Under the pieces are notes generated by a model, which saw nothing but the letters and a program-made list of their open reading frames with translations, was not told the DNA's origin and made no database searches. The position numbers were made by a program, and so were the translations under genes. A DNA stretch of 64,000 nucleotides from an uncultured Klebsiella sp. (GTDB lineage: Bacteria > Chloroflexota > Chloroflexia > Chloroflexales > Roseiflexaceae): NCBI GenBank assembly GCA_964539815.1, contig CAZIKU010000001.1, positions 7,554 through 71,553 on the forward strand, read 5' to 3'. Of the stretch, positions 1 through 9,559 are shown in pieces (position 1 is the stretch's first letter; each line of letters opens with the position of its first letter).

Positions 1-1
1 T

Positions 2-550
2 CCGATGTATTTACCTGCAGATATCCGTGCAATCGTGTGTTGTTTCCCACGAAAGTTACCTGCGTGGCTGACCGCATCACCGTGCTACAACGTGCATCCC
101 TCGCTGTTGCCAACGTTGCGTGGACCAGACCCACTCTTTTATACCGCACGAGGCGATGCACCTGCAGGTATAACAATACACCGCATGGACGGCACGTTTG
201 ACACAGGTCCGGTTGTTGTGCAACAGTCAATTGATACGCAACAGTGTGCGGATGAGCCAGCATATATTGCGTGCCATGCGCATATAGCCGCACAACTCTG
301 TAGCACTAATGACATTTTTTCACTCAGCGAAAGTCCACAGCCATCATCAGATGTCAGCTATGCCCCGATGCCACAACCCGCAGATTACACGCTCCATGCC
401 GTATGGTCGCAGCAACGCATTCGCCACTTCATTCAATGCACAAATCTGCGTAATCATGCCTACTGGGTGCCGCAAATGCGCTGTTGGGTCGGTTCTTTGT
501 CTGATGCAGTCCGTGTTGGAGTTCCGTGTGCGGATGGAATATTAACATAA
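2..550 (+). CDS. formyltransferase-family protein, C-terminal part (5' end lies outside the window)
   Basis: The ORF is open to the window edge. HPSLLPTLRGPDPL and GITIHRMDGTFDTGPVV resemble the HPSLLPxxRG and D.G.I core of Fmt/PurN/ArnA-type formyltransferases. The next gene follows 10 nt later. Confidence 0.6.
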   Translation, partial: PMYLPADIRAIVCCFPRKLPAWLTASPCYNVHPSLLPTLRGPDPLFYTARGDAPAGITIHRMDGTFDTGPVVVQQSIDTQQCADEPAYIACHAHIAAQLCSTNDIFSLSESPQPSSDVSYAPMPQPADYTLHAVWSQQRIRHFIQCTNLRNHAYWVPQMRCWVGSLSDAVRVGVPCADGILT

Positions 551-560
551 TGGAGTTTTT

Positions 561-1301
561 ATGCATGCAGTAACAGTCGTGACCGGTGCAGCGAGTGGAA
601 TTGGAGCTGCATGTGTAGAACTGCTCTTGAAGCAAGGCGCCCATGTGCTGGCCGTCGACATGGCACCAATCGTGATCACGCATCCCAAGCTGACACATAT
701 GCACTGTGATGTGACAACATCGACTGCACCACAACAAATCTGTGCAGCAGTAGCGCATCACCAAGCACGCATTGAAGGATTCGTGCATGCTGCTGGTATC
801 AATCGATTGTGTCATCCGTTTGAAGTAGATGGAGACCATTGGGATGCTGTAATGAATGTGAATGCCAAAGCCACATGGTTTCTCACATCAGCCATCCTGC
901 AACATATGATGCTCAATGGCTCAGGTAGTGTCGTACTCCTGGCATCGATTGCTGGTAAAATGGCGAGTACGATTCAGCATCCCATTTACAATGTCAGTAA
1001 AGCAGCAGTCATCGCAATGACCAAAACATTTGCGCATACGGTTGCAACTGCAGGGATTCGTATCAATTGTGTGTGTCCAGGTGTCATCGAAACACCGATG
1101 CAACATCAAGTGACCATGAGTATGGTGAATGCTTCGCAGTCGTATGCCGATGTAACGCAACAACGCACGGCGAAAGTGCCGATGGGTCGGATGGGGAGTG
1201 CCGCAGAAGTTGCTGAGGTTATTCTATTCCTCTTGAGTGAACAAGCACGCTATGTGCATGGTCAGTCGCTCAATATTGATGGTGGATTGATTTCATACTA
1301 A
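561..1301 (+). CDS. short-chain dehydrogenase/reductase (SDR) family oxidoreductase
   Basis: TGAASGIG Rossmann motif at the N-terminus and a YNVSKAA (YxxxK) catalytic motif. About 246 aa, with a GGAG Shine-Dalgarno upstream of the ATG. Confidence 0.9.
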   Translation: MHAVTVVTGAASGIGAACVELLLKQGAHVLAVDMAPIVITHPKLTHMHCDVTTSTAPQQICAAVAHHQARIEGFVHAAGINRLCHPFEVDGDHWDAVMNVNAKATWFLTSAILQHMMLNGSGSVVLLASIAGKMASTIQHPIYNVSKAAVIAMTKTFAHTVATAGIRINCVCPGVIETPMQHQVTMSMVNASQSYADVTQQRTAKVPMGRMGSAAEVAEVILFLLSEQARYVHGQSLNIDGGLISY

Positions 1302-1313
1302 AGAAGGTACTGA

Positions 1314-2408
1314 ATGCAAATTGCACAAATTGCTACCCCTGCGCTGATTGTCGATATGGCCAAAGTTCAACACAATATCGATCGCTGGCAACATCATGCA
1401 ACACTGCATGGTGTTGCACTGCGTCCACACATCAAAACGCACAAAACGCTCGAGATTGCACGTTTGCAACGTGCACGCGGTGCGCACGGCATTACGTCGG
1501 CGAAACTGAGTGAAGCCGAAGTGTTCATTGACAATGGATTTGATGATGTGTTTATTGCGTATCCTATTATTGGGCATGATAAAGCGGCACATGCTGCTGC
1601 CTTGGCACGGCGTGTCAAATTGATTGTTGGTGTCGATTCGGTTGTGGGTATTGCACAATTACAAGCTGCTGCTCAAGCCGCAGATAGTGTTATCCATGTG
1701 CGTGTCGAGTTAGATACTGGACTTAATCGGTGTGGTACTGCAGCTTCGCAGATGGCTGAATTATGCGAAGTTGTGCGCTACAGTTCACATTTGCAGTTGG
1801 ATGGAATCTTTACGTATCGCGGGGCGTGGTTTACCGGTGCCAATGGTCGTTCTGCCACCGAACTTGGCCGTGAAGAGGCACAAATTATGGTCGATATGGC
1901 CACGCATTTGCGGCAATTAGGGTTGCCAATTCACTCGGTGAGTGTGGGTTCGACGCCCACAGGTATGGCATGTGCCACTGTGCCAGGAATTACCGAAATA
2001 CGTCCCGGTACGTACGTGTTTGGTGATGACATGCAATTACTTAACGGGGCGTGCCAGCTTGATGATGTCGCACTTCATATTCTGTGTACCGTGATAAGTC
2101 GGCCAAGTAAAACAACGGCTACTGTCGATGCTGGTTCCAAGACGTTCGCTGGTGATGTCAATTACGAAAAAATGGGTTTGACTGGATATGCAACAGGGGT
2201 TGATGTCACCGCCTCGTTGGTACGGATGTCCGAAGAACATGGTGTATTACAGATTCCTGAGACGCTCGATTTGCCCGTAGGGAGTCGAATCGCATTGCGT
2301 CCAATCCACGTCTGTACTACCGTTAATTTGTCGGATACAATCTATTTCGCCGATGCAGACGGGAATGCAACTCCTGTATTTGTCGCAGCTCGTGGGAAGC
2401 GCACGTAG
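1314..2408 (+). CDS. PLP-dependent D-threonine aldolase / D-serine dehydratase-like (alanine racemase N-terminal fold, DSD1 family) enzyme
   Basis: PALIVD...RPHIKTHKT carries the lysine motif typical of this family. The C-terminal HVCTTVNL segment is also typical. 364 aa. Confidence 0.75.
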   Translation: MQIAQIATPALIVDMAKVQHNIDRWQHHATLHGVALRPHIKTHKTLEIARLQRARGAHGITSAKLSEAEVFIDNGFDDVFIAYPIIGHDKAAHAAALARRVKLIVGVDSVVGIAQLQAAAQAADSVIHVRVELDTGLNRCGTAASQMAELCEVVRYSSHLQLDGIFTYRGAWFTGANGRSATELGREEAQIMVDMATHLRQLGLPIHSVSVGSTPTGMACATVPGITEIRPGTYVFGDDMQLLNGACQLDDVALHILCTVISRPSKTTATVDAGSKTFAGDVNYEKMGLTGYATGVDVTASLVRMSEEHGVLQIPETLDLPVGSRIALRPIHVCTTVNLSDTIYFADADGNATPVFVAARGKRT

Positions 2409-2410
2409 AC

Positions 2411-3388
2411 ATGTCATCCGCAGACCTGCTGTCTGAACTTCCACCGCTTGATGCACACGAAAACACGCTAATCTGTGCACTCTTTGATGCGGCACGGCGC
2501 CTTGACATACAATGCTCAATCGCTGATATTTTGCTTGCTACTGGCTGGGGGGTGTCGATTGTCGCAGCGGAGGAGTGGTGTGATCCTGCCACGACACTCT
2601 GGCATCCAATGATGGTTGACCGCGCGATACCAGCACTTGCAAAACTCCACGCAGCACAAATGGAACGACTCAGTGCAATAGGGCTGAGCTGTCGCAGTCT
2701 ATGGTTCGCACGCACCGAAAAAGATGCCCTCAGTGATTTTGTGTTGCGTCATTGTGATGCGCACCATGTGATTGTGTTATGGGGTATGCATGGACCGCGG
2801 TACGCCGTGGTACAGCACGCGACTGCAACACATGTCACATCAGGTGAACAACCGCAATCTGCTGTTGCATATGATGCCATCGATGCGCGTGGTGGCATAC
2901 ACTGTGTGGTTGTATCGCGACTTCATCCGGTACCTTCTATGCCATACTGGGAATGGCTCATTGCATCGTTGCATTTTTATCAACGAATCGAATTTGCCAC
3001 ACCAACCCATCCTATTCGTGCCACACAAACATGGCACGTTGGTGTTGGTGGGTGGGATGTGCTGTCATATGTGGCGCGACAGGCTGCGCCATTGTCGTTG
3101 GTTTCAACGCATGTCAGCAAAATCGTGCGAGACTATGCATGGCGGATAGCACATCTCAGGGAATTTTTCATGCATTTTCATGATGAAACAGTTCCTCTAC
3201 GGCAGCGAGTGCGCGTGCGTACTGCAATCGATGATTGCTGTTTTTATATCGGAATATTGTACAAACAGTATGGATTCGTGCAGCACCATGGTGCGTTGAC
3301 TACCACCGATGGTGAGTTGATTGCACAGGTGTGCAGCGATATCGCAATTACACTGCGTGATTTGACGAATTATTTAGGGGAGAAATGA
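2411..3388 (+). CDS. hypothetical protein (Cys/His/Trp-rich, no family recognised)
   Basis: 325-aa ORF starting 2 nt after the upstream stop, so it is likely co-translated with the preceding three genes. I recognise no motif with confidence. Confidence 0.6.
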   Translation: MSSADLLSELPPLDAHENTLICALFDAARRLDIQCSIADILLATGWGVSIVAAEEWCDPATTLWHPMMVDRAIPALAKLHAAQMERLSAIGLSCRSLWFARTEKDALSDFVLRHCDAHHVIVLWGMHGPRYAVVQHATATHVTSGEQPQSAVAYDAIDARGGIHCVVVSRLHPVPSMPYWEWLIASLHFYQRIEFATPTHPIRATQTWHVGVGGWDVLSYVARQAAPLSLVSTHVSKIVRDYAWRIAHLREFFMHFHDETVPLRQRVRVRTAIDDCCFYIGILYKQYGFVQHHGALTTTDGELIAQVCSDIAITLRDLTNYLGEK

Positions 3389-3389
3389 G

Positions 3390-3464
3390 TGGTGGGCCGA
3401 ACAGGATTCGAACCTGTAACCAAGTCGTTATGAGCGACGTGCTCTGCCTTTGAGCTATCGGCCC
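3390..3464 (-). tRNA. tRNA-Met (anticodon CAU); could alternatively be a lysidine-modified tRNA-Ile2
   Basis: Hand-folded cloverleaf. Acceptor GGGCCGA/TCGGCCC, T-arm ACAGG-TTCGAAT-CCTGT, anticodon loop CTCATAA, CCA encoded. The G1-C72 pair argues against an initiator tRNA. Confidence 0.85.
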
Positions 3465-3472
3465 GTATGCAT

Positions 3473-3501
3473 ATGGTAGCATGTGCATGCATTGCTGGCA
3501 A
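3473..3501 (-). promoter_or_regulatory. putative sigma70-type promoter for tRNA-Met
   Basis: On the minus strand, TTGCCA, a 17-nt spacer and TACCAT end 8 nt upstream of the tRNA 5' end. Confidence 0.4.
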
Positions 3502-3523
3502 ATACCAGAATGTTAATTGTGGA

Positions 3524-4999
3524 TCAAGAGCAGCTATTTTTGACGAGTTTACAGCGGTCAAACAAATCTATGCTGCGTTCCCAAATGCGCTGCGGCAACG
3601 ACCATTGCCATTGCCAAAGTTGTGGCCATGTCAGCCCACGGCGTAGTTGTGTCTCGTTGTTGAATAGTGTGGCATTTGCAATTAGCCCCATATTCCAGCA
3701 AATAAACAATGCAATTACTACGCCTAGTACGGTGATTGGGATGCGCGATTGTAGTTTGCTGACGAACGTGGCAAGCCCAACGATGAATATCGGTGAGCAT
3801 TCAATGTAGCGCCGGAATCCGAATGCACCACTCAGATGCCATGTGGTGCCAAATGCACCATTAATCCAGACTTGCAGGGCAAACGCAACGAGCATCGCAC
3901 CACCAATCAATGGATTGCTCCAGACAAATATCCCCAATCCAATCAATGCCACGGCTATTATCGGACTCCACACGAGTGCTCCACGACTCCACGCGGGGAC
4001 AGACACTGGCTCGATGCCAACATTACAATAGGCAGCAGGTGAGGGATCGTAGTCGATTAGCGTATCTATCGCATGAGGGCTACATAAATTGAGTTTCCCG
4101 GAGACTTCTCGGGCAGGCAGTGGTGTCCCATTGACCGCCCAATATGCAACGAATTGTGGTGTCAGTATGGCGAGAAATACCACAGCACAAATGCCGATCC
4201 GGATTACAAGTGGTTTGTATTGCGTGGTATTTGCAGTTCTCCAGAGCTGCCACAAATTGAATGCCACTGTGATTGCAGGTAATGCCAACATGAGAATGAG
4301 TTGCTCACGCACCAGGTACAACATTCCCGCCGATAGGCCGAGTAGTGCCCAGGATCGGTAGGAGCTCTGGTGTTGCTGTGTTTTCCACCATAGCCAAATG
4401 AAACAACTGGTCACAAAAAAGCCGTTGGCGTGGGCGAACGGCATTTGGATCGTCATGTAGTATACAAGTGGTGTCGCGAGCCAAATACCGATGGTTGCTA
4501 GAGTTGCCGGGAGCGCATCAAACCAGTTGCGCGTGAGTCTGCGGCAAATGAGCAATCCGACAAACGCGTAGAGCGCAGACGCATAACACACTGCTCGTTG
4601 ATATGGCCAACTATAGCCATCTGCGGGGATATGGCGCGCAATACCTACACCGTGCAAACTTTGTAGCACGACATCCGTGGCAATAAACCACGGAGCCCAC
4701 AAGATGGCTGAACCAACCGGCGCAATGTTGCCGTAGAGACCGGTTAGCGGTCGGATTCTGTTTGGTTGTAGCAGACTCCGTTCAATGCCAGATTGCGGAT
4801 TAAGCTGTGCAAATGTTTCGTATTCATTTTGGAAGTCTACGTCATGATCTTTCCAAATCGAACGAACCCATGCATAGTACTGCACTTCGTCCGTGGCGTA
4901 GACACGAGGTAACGAGCCCACCAAGCAAACGCACATGATAACGCCGAGCACGAGGTGCCCGGCGTCCTGTATATACCTGTGAGCGAAGAATTGCCGCAT
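3524..4999 (-). CDS. polytopic GT-C-fold glycosyltransferase-like membrane protein (PMT/ArnT-like, GT39/GT83-type)
   Basis: About 12 hydrophobic segments. The first extracytoplasmic loop has YATDEVQYYAWVRS, which resembles the DE-x-(Y/H)-(Y/F) loop-1 motif of PMT/ArnT enzymes. The start lies 3 nt after the stop of the upstream secreted-protein gene. Confidence 0.6.
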   Translation of the reverse strand: MRQFFAHRYIQDAGHLVLGVIMCVCLVGSLPRVYATDEVQYYAWVRSIWKDHDVDFQNEYETFAQLNPQSGIERSLLQPNRIRPLTGLYGNIAPVGSAILWAPWFIATDVVLQSLHGVGIARHIPADGYSWPYQRAVCYASALYAFVGLLICRRLTRNWFDALPATLATIGIWLATPLVYYMTIQMPFAHANGFFVTSCFIWLWWKTQQHQSSYRSWALLGLSAGMLYLVREQLILMLALPAITVAFNLWQLWRTANTTQYKPLVIRIGICAVVFLAILTPQFVAYWAVNGTPLPAREVSGKLNLCSPHAIDTLIDYDPSPAAYCNVGIEPVSVPAWSRGALVWSPIIAVALIGLGIFVWSNPLIGGAMLVAFALQVWINGAFGTTWHLSGAFGFRRYIECSPIFIVGLATFVSKLQSRIPITVLGVVIALFICWNMGLIANATLFNNETQLRRGLTWPQLWQWQWSLPQRIWERSIDLFDRCKLVKNSCS

Positions 5000-5002
5000 T
5001 GA

Positions 5003-7411
5003 TTAGCGTTGTCCAAATGCAATAGGAGCGAACGATTTGTATGTGGTCATTGTAACACTTGTGGTTGTCGAGATTGCCGTGGTGCTCGCATTCCCTGCTC
5101 CATCCAAAAAGCGAACATATGTACAGTATGTGCCACTTGCTGCTGGTGTAGACAAGCCGTTAAGCAAGTTCCAAGACACACTCGGTGAAGATGGGTCAAT
5201 CGGTACTGCTCCCCAGCGTAAATCAGTAGAAGTATCTGCTGGGCAGCTGCCACTCTGCACGGCATTTGCGACCCAAATACCCCAGTACGGCTTGGAAGCA
5301 GTCGAATTATAGATGGTATCCGAGACACTTCCACCACTCAACGACAACGTACCTGTAAATGCACCACTAGATGCAGGAGTAAATGACAGTGATGGAGGTG
5401 TTGTTACACTAGGCGGTTCAACGTCCATAATGAGTGACCGCATTCCGCGTGTTTCACTATTAAGGGCACCGTCTGTCAACGTCAGCGAAATACCTACAGT
5501 ACTAGTGATTGCGTTCAATCCTACAGGGATGCTCTGATTGAGCATTGATGGTAGATACGTCACTCTGTTCCCGTTGACCTCAAATGTATTGAGCCCAGAA
5601 GGATCAGTGACGCCAGTGATTTTGAGAATGCCAGTCGATGAACGTGTGTGGCCTGAATCGGTATACGATGAACCACGCATACTGTAGGTGTCGAGATAGT
5701 ATGGTGTTGTGCTGGTGTTCGATAGTGTTGCGGTTGCCCCAACGGTCGCCACCGTGTCAACAGTAATACTTGCTGTCATCCATGAATCAACAGGGCGAAG
5801 CGAATCATCCAACAGCCGTACATGGATGTAGTTGAGCGCGTTTGCTGTGAGCCCAGTAACCCCAATTGTGCCATGCGCAACCGAGAAGGGCGCCACTTTG
5901 GTGTTATCAATTGTCGCTGGAGGAGTTGCACTGTTCGATGCAACCGCATAATACTTTGTGGCTGGACATGTTAGTCGCGTGTATATGGCGCCACCAATCG
6001 ATGTGTTGTTTACGAACGATGCACCAGATTCAAGTACCAAATTCGAGCGACATTTTGTTAATTGTCCCTTGAGCGGTGTTCCATAGGATGCGATATATGT
6101 GCCGTGAATCGAACTATTTCCTTCAAGGACATACACTGCAATAAGTCGTGTTTGGCCATTTACGTCCGCTAATGCAAGACTTGGACTACCAAAATGCGCA
6201 GGTGCCGTAGAAGGAAGGAATTTTTCGGACCACGTACTGTTGTAGTACAGAGCGACCTTGCCAAATCCACCACTCCCTGGAACTCCCGATGGAAGCTTGT
6301 ATGTGATACCAATACCGAATGCAATATTACCGTCTTCATCTACATACATGCTTGTGCCACCAAAGAGGTTTTCGAGGTTGATGAATGGTGAGAGTAAGGT
6401 TGGCATCGGACCATTGAGTCCACTCCACTGTTTGGTGGTCATATCGTAGCGCCATACCATGGTGGCACGTGATGAACCGCCCCGTTGGACAGAAAGTAAT
6501 GTGAGATATAAATTTCCATCTTCGCCTACGACTGCATGTGGTGTTTGGCACCCGTAGAGCGGTGATACACTTCCTGGGCCATTACACGGTATGTAACCCA
6601 CGCCGTTCTGAGTGATATTCAATGGGTTTTTCTCGACTTGTGCGACTGGGTCATAAAAGACCGCCCAAAGGCTCCCTTCGCTCTGATCTCCCATCACAAA
6701 GAACATGCCATTGGGTAGACCAACAATCGCGTCGTAGTTCTTGCCGACTTTCGAGCCGAAATTTCGCCAACTTGCAGTAATTGAAGCCATTGTTTTGACA
6801 GTTTCGATTGATAATACTGCATATGCAGGCACAATTGCTTCGCCACCGTTAAATGACGATACTGCGATTGCAATATGGTTTGTTGTTACCGCCAGTGATG
6901 TAAATGTGTGAAACATTTTCCCTGTATTTGTTGCAATCTTGCGTTTAAGCATCCCTTGGAACGGGCTGCTTGCAGGGGCGTCGTTGGGAATCATCAGCAA
7001 TCGGTAGTAGCCTGCCGAGCCTTTGCCGACAAATATATTCCCAGTTGCATCTGCCACCGCAAGTGCAGGGTTGTATTTAACGGTAAATGCAGTGTAGTTG
7101 TCTTCTATTGCGTCTTGATAGACTGCCACCACAGGACAAACGCCTTCACCGATACTGTTCGGGTCAACCACAATGATCGACGTGTATGCTTTGTTCACCA
7201 TGTCGGTATATGACGACACGGAACGTGTGATATACAGAAGTCCGTTGTTGTGGAGTACTACGGATCCACCCCACGTGATGAGGCCGTTATTCAAGCGACA
7301 GTTGGAGGCGCGAAGCAAATCATTGGCTGCAGCGGCGGGTTTTGGTTGACTCACGAACGTCGCTACTACCACGGCGAACAGACATATAAATCGTAATATT
7401 CGTTGATGCAT
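5003..7411 (-). CDS. secreted Ser/Thr/Asn-rich protein (putative beta-propeller N-terminal half, Ig-like/beta-sandwich C-terminal half); function unknown
   Basis: Signal peptide MHQRILRFICLFAVVVATFVSQPKPAAAA. Recurrent D-x-(D/T/N)-G-(N/Q) blade-like motifs: ADATGNIFV, GEDGNLYL, DEDGNIAF, ADVNGQTRL. The C-terminal 300 aa is very S/T/N-rich. GGAGG Shine-Dalgarno. Confidence 0.75.
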   Translation of the reverse strand: MHQRILRFICLFAVVVATFVSQPKPAAAANDLLRASNCRLNNGLITWGGSVVLHNNGLLYITRSVSSYTDMVNKAYTSIIVVDPNSIGEGVCPVVAVYQDAIEDNYTAFTVKYNPALAVADATGNIFVGKGSAGYYRLLMIPNDAPASSPFQGMLKRKIATNTGKMFHTFTSLAVTTNHIAIAVSSFNGGEAIVPAYAVLSIETVKTMASITASWRNFGSKVGKNYDAIVGLPNGMFFVMGDQSEGSLWAVFYDPVAQVEKNPLNITQNGVGYIPCNGPGSVSPLYGCQTPHAVVGEDGNLYLTLLSVQRGGSSRATMVWRYDMTTKQWSGLNGPMPTLLSPFINLENLFGGTSMYVDEDGNIAFGIGITYKLPSGVPGSGGFGKVALYYNSTWSEKFLPSTAPAHFGSPSLALADVNGQTRLIAVYVLEGNSSIHGTYIASYGTPLKGQLTKCRSNLVLESGASFVNNTSIGGAIYTRLTCPATKYYAVASNSATPPATIDNTKVAPFSVAHGTIGVTGLTANALNYIHVRLLDDSLRPVDSWMTASITVDTVATVGATATLSNTSTTPYYLDTYSMRGSSYTDSGHTRSSTGILKITGVTDPSGLNTFEVNGNRVTYLPSMLNQSIPVGLNAITSTVGISLTLTDGALNSETRGMRSLIMDVEPPSVTTPPSLSFTPASSGAFTGTLSLSGGSVSDTIYNSTASKPYWGIWVANAVQSGSCPADTSTDLRWGAVPIDPSSPSVSWNLLNGLSTPAASGTYCTYVRFLDGAGNASTTAISTTTSVTMTTYKSFAPIAFGQR

Positions 7412-7532
7412 AATTTCCTCGCTTATCCCTCCATTTCATCATACTCTAGGGAAGTATGTGAATTAAATAGCTCTTTATGAGCGCTATCTGATGTCTATCT
7501 GATATCTGTGACGATAAACACATGCATATTGT

Positions 7533-8321
7533 TCACACTGGCGGTCGTTGGAATATAGCCAGAAGCATTGAACGACTGCTCGGAATGACTTTCGTCACAA
7601 TAGAAATTAGTGCTTTAGCTACCCAACGATGAGGTGCCTGGAAGAGTCGTTTGGTTTCGAGACCGACTGGTTCATAGGCCGCGATAAACTCCTTGCTAGT
7701 GACTGTGTAGCCACATTGTGCGCTTAGCCATTCTAGTTGCGCCATACTGAATAGTCGACTATGCGTGTAATAACGGGCATCATGCCGTAGCAATGCCCAG
7801 CGTTGGAATTCTGCGTCGTGATCAAATGGTCGCATCAGCACCACATCAAAGAGTGTGCGTAAACGACTTTTGAAGTAAAACTGGTTGGGCGTACTTATGC
7901 ATAGATATCCACCAGGAGCGAGCAAACGATAGAAGGTTTCCAGTGCTTCAAGTGGTGGATTCGCCAAGTGTTCGATGACTTCCGAGAATACGATAATATC
8001 GAAGCTACCATCTGCATATGGAGGTGCTTCGATGTCAATATTCCATCTGCGTACTTCTACTCCGAGACGTTGCCAGACCTCGGTGCGATGTTCTGGGAAT
8101 AAGTCAGTCCCCGACACTGAAAAGCCAGCGTGGACGAGCATTTCGGTGAATTGTCCTGGATTCACGCCGATTTCCAAGACGCGTTTGCCAGGGAGCGCTA
8201 TAATCGCTGCCAACATTGCGGTAAAACGGAAGCGGTGATAGCGATAGTATTCACTTTTGTGTTCAGGTGTGTTATTCGGATACGCACGGACAATATCTGC
8301 TGCACGTTGATAATTCGACAT
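7533..8321 (-). CDS. class I SAM-dependent methyltransferase
   Basis: VLEIGVNPG motif I and FDIIVFSEVIEHL motif. I chose the start at 8321 (GGAG 5 nt upstream, 8 nt after the upstream stop) rather than the ORF-track start at 8354. Confidence 0.8.
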   Translation of the reverse strand: MSNYQRAADIVRAYPNNTPEHKSEYYRYHRFRFTAMLAAIIALPGKRVLEIGVNPGQFTEMLVHAGFSVSGTDLFPEHRTEVWQRLGVEVRRWNIDIEAPPYADGSFDIIVFSEVIEHLANPPLEALETFYRLLAPGGYLCISTPNQFYFKSRLRTLFDVVLMRPFDHDAEFQRWALLRHDARYYTHSRLFSMAQLEWLSAQCGYTVTSKEFIAAYEPVGLETKRLFQAPHRWVAKALISIVTKVIPSSRSMLLAIFQRPPV

Positions 8322-8329
8322 ACCCGCTC

Positions 8330-9559
8330 CTATAATTCCAGTGCGCGACGACAAATCGCCACCAATTCTGACGCACGATTACGATAGGTATGTGGTGCCA
8401 CGGCCTGTAACCCTGCAGTTGCATATGATTGACATAAATCTGGGTTATTCAACAAATTCGTGAGCTGTTTTGTCAACGACGATTCGTCCCCACGCACGAA
8501 TGTGCATGCGCCATTCTCACCAATGATCTCGCGTAATGCGGGCATGTCAGGACATATCACTACACGTCCGGTGGCGAGATATTCGAATAATTTGAGTGGT
8601 GATGCGGTTTCATCAGTCACGGTATCTGGTATCGCCAAAATAGTGCTGGCTCGGAGATACTCCGCTACCGTGGTTTGTGGGACAACCCCGACAAATGTGA
8701 CCAAGTCTGTGATATTGAGTGACGCTACTAATTGACGTAACTCCAGGACTTCTTGTGTTCGGCCACCAATAAAAATGAGACGCGTGTGCTGGCGCACCTG
8801 AGGCGCAAGTCGTGCGAATGCTCGTACCAATAGATCTAGTCGACGATAAGCAAATGTCAACCCTGCATAGGTAATGACATTGATGTCTGATGCAATGCCC
8901 AACGCTTGGCGTGATTCATTCATGTTGCCTGGTGTGTAGAGTGCATCATTATATGCATCAGGCAGGATATCAACGTGCTGCGAATCTCGTAACGTTTCGC
9001 GAGCGAGCAGTGTACGAAACGCCTGCGTCAACGATACGAGCCGTTTGGGCTTGGATATTGTGATGTCATCGATGCGACGCACCAACGATTGTGCCCATGA
9101 TTCCTTTGGTCGAGAGTGATTTGTATGCTCTAAATGATGGACTTCGTAGACTACTTGTGCACCGCACCATCGTGTCGCATACAAAGAAAACCAGTACGCA
9201 CATATAACTTCACGCACATAGATGACATCGATTCGTGCGCCACGCCATTTACGCCAGCGCATTATCCACAGCACTAACCAAGCGAAGACGCTACGCTCTA
9301 GGTAATACCACAACGTCGATTTATATAGCCGCGATAAACGACCAATGCCAATACGTGGCAAGTAGTTGACACCTAATTCATCGAATGGATTGGCTTCACG
9401 TGTCATGCGTGGGATGAAAATTTGCGTGTCTGGGGCAATCGCTTTGAGTTCTCGCAATGTGGAATACGTTTGTACCGCATTCGCAGAGGCTAACGTCAAG
9501 CTAGTGGGATATGCAATGTAATAAATTGTCGGTGATTGTGAATGCTTGTCTATTTGCAT
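8330..9559 (-). CDS. glycosyltransferase, GT4/GT-B fold (group 1)
   Basis: C-terminal GT-B half with TASPLKLFEYLATGRVVICPD. 409 aa. Overlaps the upstream GT gene by 10 nt. Confidence 0.75.
   Translation of the reverse strand: MQIDKHSQSPTIYYIAYPTSLTLASANAVQTYSTLRELKAIAPDTQIFIPRMTREANPFDELGVNYLPRIGIGRLSRLYKSTLWYYLERSVFAWLVLWIMRWRKWRGARIDVIYVREVICAYWFSLYATRWCGAQVVYEVHHLEHTNHSRPKESWAQSLVRRIDDITISKPKRLVSLTQAFRTLLARETLRDSQHVDILPDAYNDALYTPGNMNESRQALGIASDINVITYAGLTFAYRRLDLLVRAFARLAPQVRQHTRLIFIGGRTQEVLELRQLVASLNITDLVTFVGVVPQTTVAEYLRASTILAIPDTVTDETASPLKLFEYLATGRVVICPDMPALREIIGENGACTFVRGDESSLTKQLTNLLNNPDLCQSYATAGLQAVAPHTYRNRASELVAICRRALEL

Noticed and set aside
7412-7532. Short direct repeat CTATCTGAT(G/A)TCT x2 in the 121-nt gap upstream of the secreted-protein gene
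   Set aside because: There are only two imperfect 11-12-nt copies. I could not identify a convincing -35/-10 pair around them, so the evidence is too weak to call an operator.
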